DNA of 59,095 nucleotides from an uncultured Candidatus Saccharibacteria bacterium. Lineage in GTDB: Bacteria; Patescibacteriota; Saccharimonadia; Saccharimonadales; Saccharimonadaceae. The stretch is taken from the NCBI GenBank assembly GCA_964423995.1, contig CAYRGP010000002.1, forward strand, positions 1 through 59,095. The letters are read 5' to 3'. The notes under the pieces were generated by a model. It worked only from the letters and a program-made list of their open reading frames with translations. It searched no databases and was not told where the DNA came from. A program made the translations under genes and the position numbers. Below are positions 35,717 through 45,546 of this stretch, one piece after another; the first letter of the stretch is position 1; each line of letters begins with the position of its first letter.

Positions 35717-36653
35717 TATCGTTATTCCCGCACATAATGAAATCGCTGGTCTTTCCAATTTCATAGAAGAGCAGCTCTTGCCGGCGCTAGAGGGACTAAA
35801 AAATTATGATTTTGAAATTATTTTTGTCGACGATGGCTCGACAGATGGGACGTTAGATTTACTCTATGAATATGCTGATCGAGGAAAGGCTTTTCGTGTC
35901 ATCTCGTTCTCTAAAAATTTCGGCAAAGAAATGGCTCTTTCTGCCGGCTTGGCTTACGCCAAGGGTGACGCCGCTATCACCATTGATGCCGATGGTCAAC
36001 AGCCGCCAAAACTAATTGCGGAGTTTATCAAAGAATGGGAATTGGGGCACGATGTAGTGATTGGCGTTCGGGATCATTATACAAAACATGGTTTTATTGC
36101 GAAGACCGGCAGTCGCCTCTTTTACTGGCTCCTTAGAAAAATGGGGAATCATGACACCGTCGCCGGCTCCACCGATTATCGCCTGATTTCTCGCCCAGTG
36201 ATTGATGAGTTCAACAAACTCCCCGAGCATAAGCGTATCACGCGCGGCCTGATTGATTGGCTTGGCTTTGATAAAAAATACGTGAAATACACTTATGGCG
36301 TCCGTCTAGCCGGGAAGCCGTCTTACAATTTGAAAAAACTTTTCCGCCTCGCTATTGATAGTTTTGTCTCCATGTCCACCACGCCGCTCGTGATTTTTGG
36401 CTATATCGGTATTATCATCACTTTGCTATCCGGCGCGCTCGGTCTTTTCTGCTTAATTAACCAATACATTCTCGGCGACCCGCTCCATTTCTACTGGCCG
36501 GGCACCCTCCAGATGGCAATTTTGATTACCTTTCTTGTTGGTCTTGTCCTTATTTCTCAGGCCATCACCGCTCTCTATATTTCTAGTATCCACGCCGAGG
36601 CTCTCGGCCGCCCAATTTACATCGTAGATAAAAAGAAATCGAGGAACTTATGA
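35700..36653 (+). CDS. GT2 polyprenol-phosphate glycosyltransferase (GtrB-like)
   Basis: VDDGSTDGT, FSKNFGKE, IDADGQQPP, two C-terminal TMs, RPIYIV. Confidence 0.92.
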   Translation: MKKLVSIVIPAHNEIAGLSNFIEEQLLPALEGLKNYDFEIIFVDDGSTDGTLDLLYEYADRGKAFRVISFSKNFGKEMALSAGLAYAKGDAAITIDADGQQPPKLIAEFIKEWELGHDVVIGVRDHYTKHGFIAKTGSRLFYWLLRKMGNHDTVAGSTDYRLISRPVIDEFNKLPEHKRITRGLIDWLGFDKKYVKYTYGVRLAGKPSYNLKKLFRLAIDSFVSMSTTPLVIFGYIGIIITLLSGALGLFCLINQYILGDPLHFYWPGTLQMAILITFLVGLVLISQAITALYISSIHAEALGRPIYIVDKKKSRNL

Positions 36654-37825
36654 ACGATTTTAGCTACCTAAAAGAAAATGATGTTTATTTAGATTCTGCT
36701 TGCCAGAGTTTGCGTCCGGAGCCTGTTATCAGAGCTTTGGAAGAATATTATCGAGAATTTAATTCTTGCGGCGAGCGTGTGAAGTATCCTTGGGGAGTCA
36801 CCACCGATGCCAAAGTCAACGGCACGCGCGCCAAGGTCTTGGACTATTTGAAACTGAAGAAAAAAGATTATTTTGTGTCGTTTACTCTAAATACTACCTA
36901 CGGTCTGAATTTGCTTTTATCGCAGTTCAATCCAGAAAAAGCTGGAGTGAAGAAAATCGTCACGAGCGACATTGAGCATAATTCGCCCTTTCTTTCTACG
37001 ATGGCTTTTTCCGAGCGTACCCATCTTCCGCGCGAGATAGTGACGAGGAATGTAGACGGCAGTATCCCGCTAGATAGCTCGGATTTCGACCATGCTTTAG
37101 TGGTAGTCAATGCGGCTTCTAATATTGACGGTCGTCGTCTAGAGAATCTTCAGGAGCTAGAAAAATCAGTTCACAAAAACGGTGGTTTTATCATTATTGA
37201 TGCTGCACAGGCTATGGCCCATTCCAAGGATATCCTAGAAAAAACTTCCGTTGACGCTATCTGTTTTTCTGCTCATAAAATGTATGCGCCGTCTCTCGGC
37301 GGTATAGTAGTTCGCCGCGATTTCTTAGAGTATATTGATACGAGTTTTGTTGGTGGGGGGATGGTTGATGATGTAGACAAGGAATCTTACATTCTTTCGG
37401 CGAGAGACCCAGAGCATGCTTACACAAAATTTGAATCCGGCCTTCAAGCTTGGGGCGAAATTATTGCTCTTGGCGCCGCCATCGATTGGCTAGAAGGCTT
37501 AGGCAAAAAAGACCACCAAAATCTTCAGCAGAACTATACCGAGCTTTATGATTTTCTGAAAAGCAAGCCCAGTCTACATGTCATAAATCAGGTTCCGAAT
37601 CCCACGATTTCTTTCTATGTCGATAAGTCCGAAACTGGATTCGACTCTCATTTCCTAGGCTCCGCCTTAGCCGATCAGGGTATCATGACGCGCACCGGTT
37701 ACTTCTGCGTCCACTACTATTTGGACCACATCATGCACTACCCGCCCCTCCTCCGTTTCTCTCTCGGTTACCACATCCGCCCTTCCGACATTGAAAAGGT
37801 GAAGCAGGCCCTAGAACACCTGTAG
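36650..37825 (+). CDS. Class V PLP aminotransferase, SufS-like cysteine desulfurase
   Basis: YLDSAC, IEHNS, DAAQA, SAHK (PLP Lys), RTGYFC (catalytic Cys loop). Confidence 0.85.
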   Translation: MNDFSYLKENDVYLDSACQSLRPEPVIRALEEYYREFNSCGERVKYPWGVTTDAKVNGTRAKVLDYLKLKKKDYFVSFTLNTTYGLNLLLSQFNPEKAGVKKIVTSDIEHNSPFLSTMAFSERTHLPREIVTRNVDGSIPLDSSDFDHALVVVNAASNIDGRRLENLQELEKSVHKNGGFIIIDAAQAMAHSKDILEKTSVDAICFSAHKMYAPSLGGIVVRRDFLEYIDTSFVGGGMVDDVDKESYILSARDPEHAYTKFESGLQAWGEIIALGAAIDWLEGLGKKDHQNLQQNYTELYDFLKSKPSLHVINQVPNPTISFYVDKSETGFDSHFLGSALADQGIMTRTGYFCVHYYLDHIMHYPPLLRFSLGYHIRPSDIEKVKQALEHL

Positions 37826-37879
37826 TAAGAAAACCCTTAACGGCTCTTCGGCTTGCCATATGTATGTTATAATAGTACC

Positions 37880-38911
37880 ATGATTTGCATAGCTGCATTT
37901 ATCGTTTTAATTGTCGTAGGCATTTTCGTTGCCATTCTTAGTATTTTCAAACGTGACTTAGGGAAAAAGTACCTACAAGTTCTAAAAAAATCCTGGCATT
38001 GTTTCACGCGCCACCTGACTTTCAGAAAATGTGACACGAGTTTTCAGGACGACGTCAAAACAGCGCTACTAAAAAAAGTCGTTTTGAAAAATCCCAAAGC
38101 CGTCAAGCCTCTCAGTATCACCATTGAAATCGCCAGTGTTCTAATTGTAATTATTACAGCATGGTCTTTAATTGAAGGCATCAAAGCTGGCCTTGCCATC
38201 TGGACGCTTGGCACTTGCAACGTCTCACATCCCGCTAGTTGCGCTCTTGGCGCCGAATCTTGCTCGATTGATGAGGAAAATTTGAACTGGTTCTCTGAAT
38301 GGGGCGAAATCTTCGCGGCCATTCCTGACCGTCTAAAGAATTGGAACGCCGAAGATTATTTGATTGACCCGAAAGTGGCCATTAACCCCGATTCCTCTGC
38401 AGAGCCTGCGCTTGATATTATTGATCCGGGTTGCACAGTCTGTCTCTCTTCTTATCGTAACCAGCTAAAAGACACTGAATTTATGAATAGGCACAAAGTA
38501 TATCTCTTAGTTTATCCTATCAGAGATGGCGACGGATATAAGTTTAAGAATTCAGGCCTTCTTACTAATTATTATTATGCTTTGCTATTGGCTGGAGATG
38601 AATACCAAGGTCTGAGCTTGAAGCTGATTGGCCGTCTCTTCACGGGACAAAGCGAAGATTCCCAAGGCTGGCAATATCTCTTCGATAATGTCTATGACGC
38701 CGAAACCGCCGAAAAGACTATTAAATCCTGGCTCAAAGAGTGGGGGCTCTCCGACAGCCAGATTTCCGCCGTCCAGAAGAAAACCACTTCCGATGAAGTG
38801 AAAAACTATCTGCAACGGGTCAACGATATTGTCGAAAATCAGATTAAACCCAAAGGCATCCCGACCTTAATTTACGACGGTCAGAAGCATCTTGGTTTGT
38901 ATAAACGGTAG
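37880..38911 (+). CDS. Membrane-anchored protein with DsbA/thioredoxin-like C-terminal domain
   Basis: Two TMs; DPGCTVC (CxxC) and GIPT cis-Pro-like motif. Confidence 0.6.
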   Translation: MICIAAFIVLIVVGIFVAILSIFKRDLGKKYLQVLKKSWHCFTRHLTFRKCDTSFQDDVKTALLKKVVLKNPKAVKPLSITIEIASVLIVIITAWSLIEGIKAGLAIWTLGTCNVSHPASCALGAESCSIDEENLNWFSEWGEIFAAIPDRLKNWNAEDYLIDPKVAINPDSSAEPALDIIDPGCTVCLSSYRNQLKDTEFMNRHKVYLLVYPIRDGDGYKFKNSGLLTNYYYALLLAGDEYQGLSLKLIGRLFTGQSEDSQGWQYLFDNVYDAETAEKTIKSWLKEWGLSDSQISAVQKKTTSDEVKNYLQRVNDIVENQIKPKGIPTLIYDGQKHLGLYKR

Positions 38912-38931
38912 CATTGTGGTATCATATTACT

Positions 38932-40947
38932 ATGGATAAATCCAGAGTTGTGGTGGTTTTAAAAAGAGCTGGACAGCTTTTTGTAACATTTCTTCGAAGA
39001 TGGGGGCTGTTAGCTATCGGCTCAATTTTTCTAACTTGGTATTTGCAATACCGGATTTTCGGCAATGATGCCGATGCGGCTTGGCGTTCTATGGACGAAA
39101 AACCGATGATTTTCTGGTACTCGACGCTAATTATCTTCACTATCATAGTTATAATTTATGGAATTTTCCATCGGCCATTTCGAACCATCGGGGTAGGATT
39201 TGCGCTTATTACAATTATTACCTATATCAATAACACCAAAGTATCTTTTCGCGGTACCCCTCTCCTTCCCGAAGATTTCCAAATGACCGATCAAGCTGGG
39301 GCGCTCACAAATTTTATTGATACAGGAGAGCTTACTCGCATTATTCTTGCGTCGGTGCTAGCAGTAGGTTTAGGCTTTCTATTAGATTATCTAATGCGTT
39401 ATATGCTAGCGTATTTGCCGGTATATTCTCACAAAGATTGGCAGAAACGGAAAAAGAAAGCTAGAACTAATGCCGCCAAACGGAAATATAAAAAGACCAG
39501 AATAGGGCGTATTGCTGCCTCCGTCGCCGTTAGAATTATCTTGATTCCGCTCGGAATTTGGGCTTTCTTTACGGCTACTAACCCTATCCTTTACCACAGT
39601 GGAACCCCTTCGCTAAGATATGAGTGGCTAGATAACGCAGAATTTACCACTTGGGACCAAGCCATCACCTATGAACAGACCAACTTTTTACTTGGATTTC
39701 TTTATAATATCGCCAAATATGACGTCGAACCACCTCAGGATTACAATAAGGAAAAAATCAGCGAGATAAAAAGTGCTTATACTAAGCTCGCAAACGCCGA
39801 GCCAAACGTTAGCAAAATGAATCTAAAAAATGCCGATTATAATATTATCGTTGTCCTTAATGAGTCATTTTACGATCCTACTATTCTCCAAGATGTCTAT
39901 CCATTTAATGGTCCGGATCCGCTCGAAAACTTCCATCGGCTCATGGAGACTTACCCAGCTGGATATATGTACTCTCCAGAATACGGTGGTGGAACGGCCA
40001 ATATCGAGTTTGAATCTGACACCGGACTTTCGAACTTCTGGGTCCAGACGACTCCATATACCAGTATTTTGCCGAAACTAGACCATATTACTTCAATCGC
40101 CAACGAGGCTAAAGCCAACGGCTACAAAACCCTTGCTATCCACTCTTATACCGGTGAGTTATACAAGCGTAGCTACGCTTTACCAATTGAGGGCTTTGAC
40201 GAATTTATCACTCAGGACAAAATGTCCTTCACTGAACGTAACGACAGTAGTTGCGGATACATCGATGATAGCTCAACTTATGCCGAAACTATCAAACGAC
40301 TAGAGAGCTCTAATAAAAAACAGCTTATTAGCGTTATCACTATGCAAAATCACGCGCCCTATTGGCTTGGCGGTTATAGCGAAGAAGAACGGCTCTTCTG
40401 GTTTGAAAATCCGGAGGAAATTAAAGATGATACCGACATGATTTTAGCTTATCTTCAGAGCGTTTATTATTCTGACCAATCCCTCGGAGAGTTTCTCGAG
40501 AAACTAAAGGACTTTGGTGAAAAAACAGTCGTCCTTTTCTTTGGCGATCATGCGCCTGGAGTTTTTGGTTCAGCCAATGTTAGCTCCGACAAACAACTTT
40601 CAAATCGTACGCATTTAACACCATACTTTATTTGGGCGAATTTTGAAGTAAAAGATAACTTTTCAAATCAAAAATACGGCGAAGAGCTATCTGAAAAGTT
40701 TGGAATCGAGAGTGAGCACGCTACGCTACCAACGACGACACCAAATTGCTTGACTAGCAACCTATATGAAATTCTAGGATTAAAACGTACAGCAGAGAGC
40801 TTAATCACAAAAGAAGCTTGTGCAGAAAACCCCATACTCACACCAGTTTACCTGACGGGTTCTCAACCAACCGGAAAAAGCACTGAAGCCTACAAGCTTC
40901 TAAATTATGACATCTTAAACGGTGAGCAGTATTGGTTTAAACAGTAA
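38932..40947 (+). CDS. LTA synthase family (alkaline phosphatase/sulfatase fold) membrane protein
   Basis: 5 TMs, RGTPLLPEDF, VLNESF, GGGTANIEFE (catalytic Thr), MQNH, FFGDH. Confidence 0.9.
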   Translation: MDKSRVVVVLKRAGQLFVTFLRRWGLLAIGSIFLTWYLQYRIFGNDADAAWRSMDEKPMIFWYSTLIIFTIIVIIYGIFHRPFRTIGVGFALITIITYINNTKVSFRGTPLLPEDFQMTDQAGALTNFIDTGELTRIILASVLAVGLGFLLDYLMRYMLAYLPVYSHKDWQKRKKKARTNAAKRKYKKTRIGRIAASVAVRIILIPLGIWAFFTATNPILYHSGTPSLRYEWLDNAEFTTWDQAITYEQTNFLLGFLYNIAKYDVEPPQDYNKEKISEIKSAYTKLANAEPNVSKMNLKNADYNIIVVLNESFYDPTILQDVYPFNGPDPLENFHRLMETYPAGYMYSPEYGGGTANIEFESDTGLSNFWVQTTPYTSILPKLDHITSIANEAKANGYKTLAIHSYTGELYKRSYALPIEGFDEFITQDKMSFTERNDSSCGYIDDSSTYAETIKRLESSNKKQLISVITMQNHAPYWLGGYSEEERLFWFENPEEIKDDTDMILAYLQSVYYSDQSLGEFLEKLKDFGEKTVVLFFGDHAPGVFGSANVSSDKQLSNRTHLTPYFIWANFEVKDNFSNQKYGEELSEKFGIESEHATLPTTTPNCLTSNLYEILGLKRTAESLITKEACAENPILTPVYLTGSQPTGKSTEAYKLLNYDILNGEQYWFKQ

Positions 40948-41742
40948 CTATTTAAAAAGATCTAAATAAGCTTTAGCGACTCTCTTTGGATCTCCACTTT
41001 GAAGAATCTTGCCATTTTCAATTAGGATAGCCCGATCGCAAAAACGCTCAACATTCTCCATGGAATGTGTCACCAAAATTACCGTTTGTTGACCATGTAG
41101 ACTCTTGAAATATTCGTTACATTTTTCCTGGAAGGCCGCATCGCCCACCGCTAGAACCTCATCCAAAATCAGAATATCTCCTCTCGCTCGAATCGCAATC
41201 GAAAACGCCAAGCGTACCTGCATCCCAGAAGAATAATTTTTTAATTTTTGATTCATAAATTCTCTAAGCTCTGCAAAATCTACAATATCATCATACATCT
41301 TGTCCATTTCCGCATTCGAAAAGCCGAGCAGAGCCCCATTTAGATAGACGTTTTCGCGTCCGGTTAGCTCTGGATTAAAGCCTACGCCTAGCTCAATGAA
41401 GGGAATTAAGCTTCCGTTAACTAGTACGTCCCCCTTTTCTGGAACGTAAATTCCCGCGAGCACTTTTAGAAGCGTAGACTTCCCACTTCCGTTTCGTCCT
41501 ACAATGCCTAAAAACTCACCCTTTTCTACTGTAAAACTAATACCTCTCAGTACGTGTTGCGTCTTAAACCCCTTCACACCTTTTAGAGTGTTAAAAATCA
41601 TTTGTTTCAATCCCCAGGCTCGTTCCGTTGGTAATTTGAAGTCCTTATAAAGGTTAGTGACCTTTAAGGCGTAATCATCTTCTTCTAATTCGGCTCTTGC
41701 CTCTTCGCTCATTTTCTGCAAATATTTATCTTTTAGAACCAT
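40948..41742 (-). CDS. wzt: Polysaccharide ABC exporter, ATP-binding subunit
   Basis: GRNGSGKST, ELTGRENV, YSSGMQVRLAF, ILDEVLAVGD. Confidence 0.9.
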   Translation of the reverse strand: MVLKDKYLQKMSEEARAELEEDDYALKVTNLYKDFKLPTERAWGLKQMIFNTLKGVKGFKTQHVLRGISFTVEKGEFLGIVGRNGSGKSTLLKVLAGIYVPEKGDVLVNGSLIPFIELGVGFNPELTGRENVYLNGALLGFSNAEMDKMYDDIVDFAELREFMNQKLKNYSSGMQVRLAFSIAIRARGDILILDEVLAVGDAAFQEKCNEYFKSLHGQQTVILVTHSMENVERFCDRAILIENGKILQSGDPKRVAKAYLDLFK

Positions 41743-42551
41743 TAGACTTCCTCCGCAAATTTCTTAGAACGCTTCTTGAAAAACAGTGCGCCGAAAATTA
41801 GTATCGCTATAACTACTAAAACTGAAACTAGTCCCCAGCCCACACCTGCAAATCCCCAAGTAGTCACTGTCTGGTCGGTCACTACACCGTATCGAACGTC
41901 CTGGATCACTTGTGCTATTGGGTCGATCAAAATAATTTTTGCTGCAGTGGTTGAAGTTTCAGTTACCATTGAAATTGGATAAATAATTGGCACCGCATAA
42001 AACAACGCCTGCGTCAGTACTTCCCATATTGAGCCAATATCTCTAAGTTTGACATTTATAGCTCCAAGCCACAGGGAAATGCCAAGCGCTAAAGCATAAA
42101 GCTCTATAATAGCAGGAACCACTAGCAACCAAGTAAGCGAAGGTGTACAGCCGTTTATCAATGCAAATATAAAAATCACCGCTACGTTAATTAATAGATT
42201 TATTACTGCGGTAGATGTTGCAGAAAGCACAACAATATACTTAGGAAAACTAACTTTTCGGATTAAATCTCCGCGATTTTCAATCGCATGGATTCCTTGA
42301 AAAGTGCATTCCGTAAAGAAGTTCCAAAATACCGTCCCAGCCAAAAGGTAAACCGGATAATGAGGAATATCTCCTCCGAATCTTAAGATCTTCGAAAATA
42401 CTATGTAGAGAATAGCAAACATTAAGAGCGGCCTTAGGAGAGCCCAAAGATAACCAAGCGCAGAACCTTGGTAGCGTATCTTAAAATCGGTCTTTGAAAG
42501 CTCTTTTAGAAGAATACGGTTTTTTCTATTCAACATCCTAGGTAAACTCAT
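41742..42551 (-). CDS. wzm: Polysaccharide ABC exporter, permease subunit
   Basis: DFKIRYQGSALGYLWALLRPL, FYAVPIIYP; start set to ATG 42551, 7 nt after TGCTATAAT. Confidence 0.9.
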   Translation of the reverse strand: MSLPRMLNRKNRILLKELSKTDFKIRYQGSALGYLWALLRPLLMFAILYIVFSKILRFGGDIPHYPVYLLAGTVFWNFFTECTFQGIHAIENRGDLIRKVSFPKYIVVLSATSTAVINLLINVAVIFIFALINGCTPSLTWLLVVPAIIELYALALGISLWLGAINVKLRDIGSIWEVLTQALFYAVPIIYPISMVTETSTTAAKIILIDPIAQVIQDVRYGVVTDQTVTTWGFAGVGWGLVSVLVVIAILIFGALFFKKRSKKFAEEV

Positions 42552-42634
42552 ACTTAACATTATAGCATAGAAGACGGTTTCGCAAAACCCTTTGGTTTAT
42601 TGTAGAAACAGTCATTTCGTGTTATTATAATAGC

Positions 42635-43273
42635 ATGGGTAATAGCGCCAAAAATTCGGATGTCGTCGAGTCCCACCCCAGAGGTGGTTACGTGGCTCGT
42701 CGCCGCAACTACCGTCCAATCATTTTTGTAGTGGCAGTCTTATTGATTGCCGGCATAGTTGTTTTTATCTTTGCTTTAAACAATAAAAAGCCCGAAAATT
42801 CCTCCACTAGTAGCTCCAATACTAATTCTACTTCTACTAATACTAACGGGTCGAGCTCGGCTAGTTCCGTTAAAACAGAAGAAAAGTCAAAGGAAGAAAC
42901 CCCGTCAGAGCCCTCTACTAAAGAGCCAGAGATTATTGATGGCAAAACCCCAAAAAATAATGAGGGTGAGGATGCCAATACTGCTAGTGGGATAACAGGT
43001 GTAATTAATTACGCTGATTCCGATGGTGAGACCCTTATGATTCGCGTTTCGATTGACCAATATCTCGAGGAGGGGACCTGCTTACTAGAGCTAAATGCTC
43101 CAGCTACTGGCGACACCTTCAGCCTCACCGACCAAATTGCTCCGTCTGCCGCTACGAGTTCTTGTAGTTTTGATATCTCGACCAACCTACTAATTAAAGG
43201 TAAGTACGATATGAAAATTACTTTAGATTCTGCCGGCAAGAAAGGCGTACTTAACGGAGAGGTAGAAATATAA
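42635..43273 (+). CDS. Hypothetical membrane-anchored protein with Ser/Thr-rich linker and beta-rich C-terminal domain
   Basis: TM helix, SSTSSSNTNSTST stalk, Cys pair. Confidence 0.75.
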   Translation: MGNSAKNSDVVESHPRGGYVARRRNYRPIIFVVAVLLIAGIVVFIFALNNKKPENSSTSSSNTNSTSTNTNGSSSASSVKTEEKSKEETPSEPSTKEPEIIDGKTPKNNEGEDANTASGITGVINYADSDGETLMIRVSIDQYLEEGTCLLELNAPATGDTFSLTDQIAPSAATSSCSFDISTNLLIKGKYDMKITLDSAGKKGVLNGEVEI

Positions 43274-45546
43274 TGGATATGAGATTACCAAATAATGTAA
43301 GCCTCAGAAGGCACGTTAATAAGACTAGATTATCGCTTTTCTGTCTCTTTGCCTTTGTTTTTACGGCTACAATTGCCTTTCTTTCCACATCCAATCAGAA
43401 TAAAACTGAGGCCGCTAATGCCTCTAGTTTCCGCGCCGGCAACATTATGTCCGATGCAGTTATGACTGATTATAATTCCATGACCGTTGCCGAAATCCAC
43501 AATTTCTTAAAGGCTAAAAACTCTTGTAACCAGAGCGCAGACCCTGCTGCAGTTGGGGCGCTTTGGTACGAAGACGTCAATGTTACAAAACATGGCATCA
43601 ACTACAACCGTCGCTACTATTTCAACTCTTCTTCTGGAGTTGTTGGGGGATATTATCATGTGAAGGATGGTCACTTTGTCTGTATGGCTGACGAGACTAT
43701 CAACGGGCAGTCCGCCGCCTACCTTATTTGGGATGCTGCCCAGACTTTCAAAATCAACCCAAAGGTGCTCATAGTTCTCCTCGAAAAGGAACAGGGCCTT
43801 ATTTCGGATAGATGGCCATATGAGGTCCAGTATCGCGCCGCCACAGGCTATGGTTGTCCAGATACTGCCGCCTGTGATTCAAAATATTACGGTCTAGAGG
43901 CTCAGCTCGGCAATGCCGCCTACCTCTTCCATACGGTATTAGAGGGCGGTTGGACGAACTTCCCACTAGGGAATAACTATATTCAGTATCATCCGAATTC
44001 TGGTTGTGGAGGCACGAGGGTAAATATCGAGAATCGTGCCACCTCTGCGCTTTATCGTTATACTCCGTATCAGCCAAATGCCGCCTCTCTCGCCGCTGGC
44101 TATGGTATGGGTGATTCCTGCTCTTCCTACGGCAACCGGAACTTCTACTTCCTCTATTCTGATTGGTTTGGAGATCCACATAATGGCCCCAATAAGGTCC
44201 CGGCTCAGGTTATTCCAGAGGGTAATTATCAAATCTCATCAAAGGCTAACCAAAATCTTATATTTGATATCGAGGGTGGCGTTTCGAACACCACTACTTC
44301 TGGCAAACTGATTGCTTTCACTAAGAATTCTGGTTATACGCCAAATCAAGTCTTCCGATTCACTTATGAGAACGGCTATTATTATATTACCAATCCGACT
44401 TCTAGTCTTCGCATTGAATCTTCCGATTCTGGCGCAATTCTTACCAAACCTAGCTCCAGTTGTGCTCAAAAATGGACCATTTCCAGAGATTCTGATGGAT
44501 ACATCTCCATACATGCGCAATGTACTAACAAGGCTCTAACATTAAAAACTTCAGCTGCGCTCTCTCCGATCGTTCTCTCAGACAGCTCTTCTTCAAATTC
44601 CCAAAAGTGGTATGCTAAGCCTCTCCCAGCTGATGGAATCACGAGCGGAGCTTCGTACCAGGTCGCTTCCATGTTGAACCAAAGCTACGCTCTCGACATT
44701 TCCGGTGGGGTTAATTCTAATACAAAATCTGGCAAGGCAATTCTCTTTACTCGGCGCGTTGCGAATATTGCCAATCAGACTTTTCGCTTCAACTACGACG
44801 AAAAAACCGGCTATTATTATATTACGAATCCCACCTCCAATCTTCGCCTCGACGTCGAAAACTCAAGTACTGCCAATGAAGCAAAAGTTCTGCTCTGGTC
44901 CGGGCATAACAATTGCAACCAAAAATGGCTAATTGAGAGAAATTCGGACGGCTCTTACATTTTCGCTTCCGCTTGTTCTGGCAAGGCCCTGACTATTTAT
45001 TACAATAAGGCCAATGATCTTCAGCCCATCGTTATCTTCGATCGCAATAATCAGTCGAATCAAAAATGGAAATTAGTCAACCCGTCCTCCGCAGTTACGG
45101 ACCTTGATACTACGGCTTCTTATCAAATTGTCCCTAAGGCGAACAATAACTACACTCTCGACATTTACGGTGGTGTTACTAAATCAACAACTTCTGGCCG
45201 AGCTACTATCTTCGCACGACGCTCTTCGGAGATTGCCAACCAAACTTTTAAGTTCGCTAAGGCTGGCAACTATTATCAAATAGTCAACCCAACTTCCAAC
45301 CTCCGTCTTGATGTAGCCGAATCAAAAACCGCCAATGACACGAATGTTCTTCTCTGGAAGGGACACGACGGCTGTAATCAAAAGTGGCAAGTTGTCAAAG
45401 ATGCCGAAGGGTACTACTCATTTATTTCTGCTTGTTCCGGCAAAGCTTTATCTATTCAAAACGATAAACTCCAAAATAGCACTCAATCCGTTATTTACAC
45501 TGACAATACGAAGGAAACTGAAAAATGGAAACTCATAAAACTGTAG
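43273..45546 (+). CDS. Secreted protein: conserved putative cell-wall hydrolase domain plus three ricin-B lectin domains
   Basis: FRAGNIMSD..INPKVLIVLLEKEQGL..GYGCPD..ATSALYRYTPYQPN..SYGNRNF; repeated QKW / NQxFRF / YYITNPTSxLR ricin motifs. Confidence 0.8.
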   Translation: MDMRLPNNVSLRRHVNKTRLSLFCLFAFVFTATIAFLSTSNQNKTEAANASSFRAGNIMSDAVMTDYNSMTVAEIHNFLKAKNSCNQSADPAAVGALWYEDVNVTKHGINYNRRYYFNSSSGVVGGYYHVKDGHFVCMADETINGQSAAYLIWDAAQTFKINPKVLIVLLEKEQGLISDRWPYEVQYRAATGYGCPDTAACDSKYYGLEAQLGNAAYLFHTVLEGGWTNFPLGNNYIQYHPNSGCGGTRVNIENRATSALYRYTPYQPNAASLAAGYGMGDSCSSYGNRNFYFLYSDWFGDPHNGPNKVPAQVIPEGNYQISSKANQNLIFDIEGGVSNTTTSGKLIAFTKNSGYTPNQVFRFTYENGYYYITNPTSSLRIESSDSGAILTKPSSSCAQKWTISRDSDGYISIHAQCTNKALTLKTSAALSPIVLSDSSSSNSQKWYAKPLPADGITSGASYQVASMLNQSYALDISGGVNSNTKSGKAILFTRRVANIANQTFRFNYDEKTGYYYITNPTSNLRLDVENSSTANEAKVLLWSGHNNCNQKWLIERNSDGSYIFASACSGKALTIYYNKANDLQPIVIFDRNNQSNQKWKLVNPSSAVTDLDTTASYQIVPKANNNYTLDIYGGVTKSTTSGRATIFARRSSEIANQTFKFAKAGNYYQIVNPTSNLRLDVAESKTANDTNVLLWKGHDGCNQKWQVVKDAEGYYSFISACSGKALSIQNDKLQNSTQSVIYTDNTKETEKWKLIKL

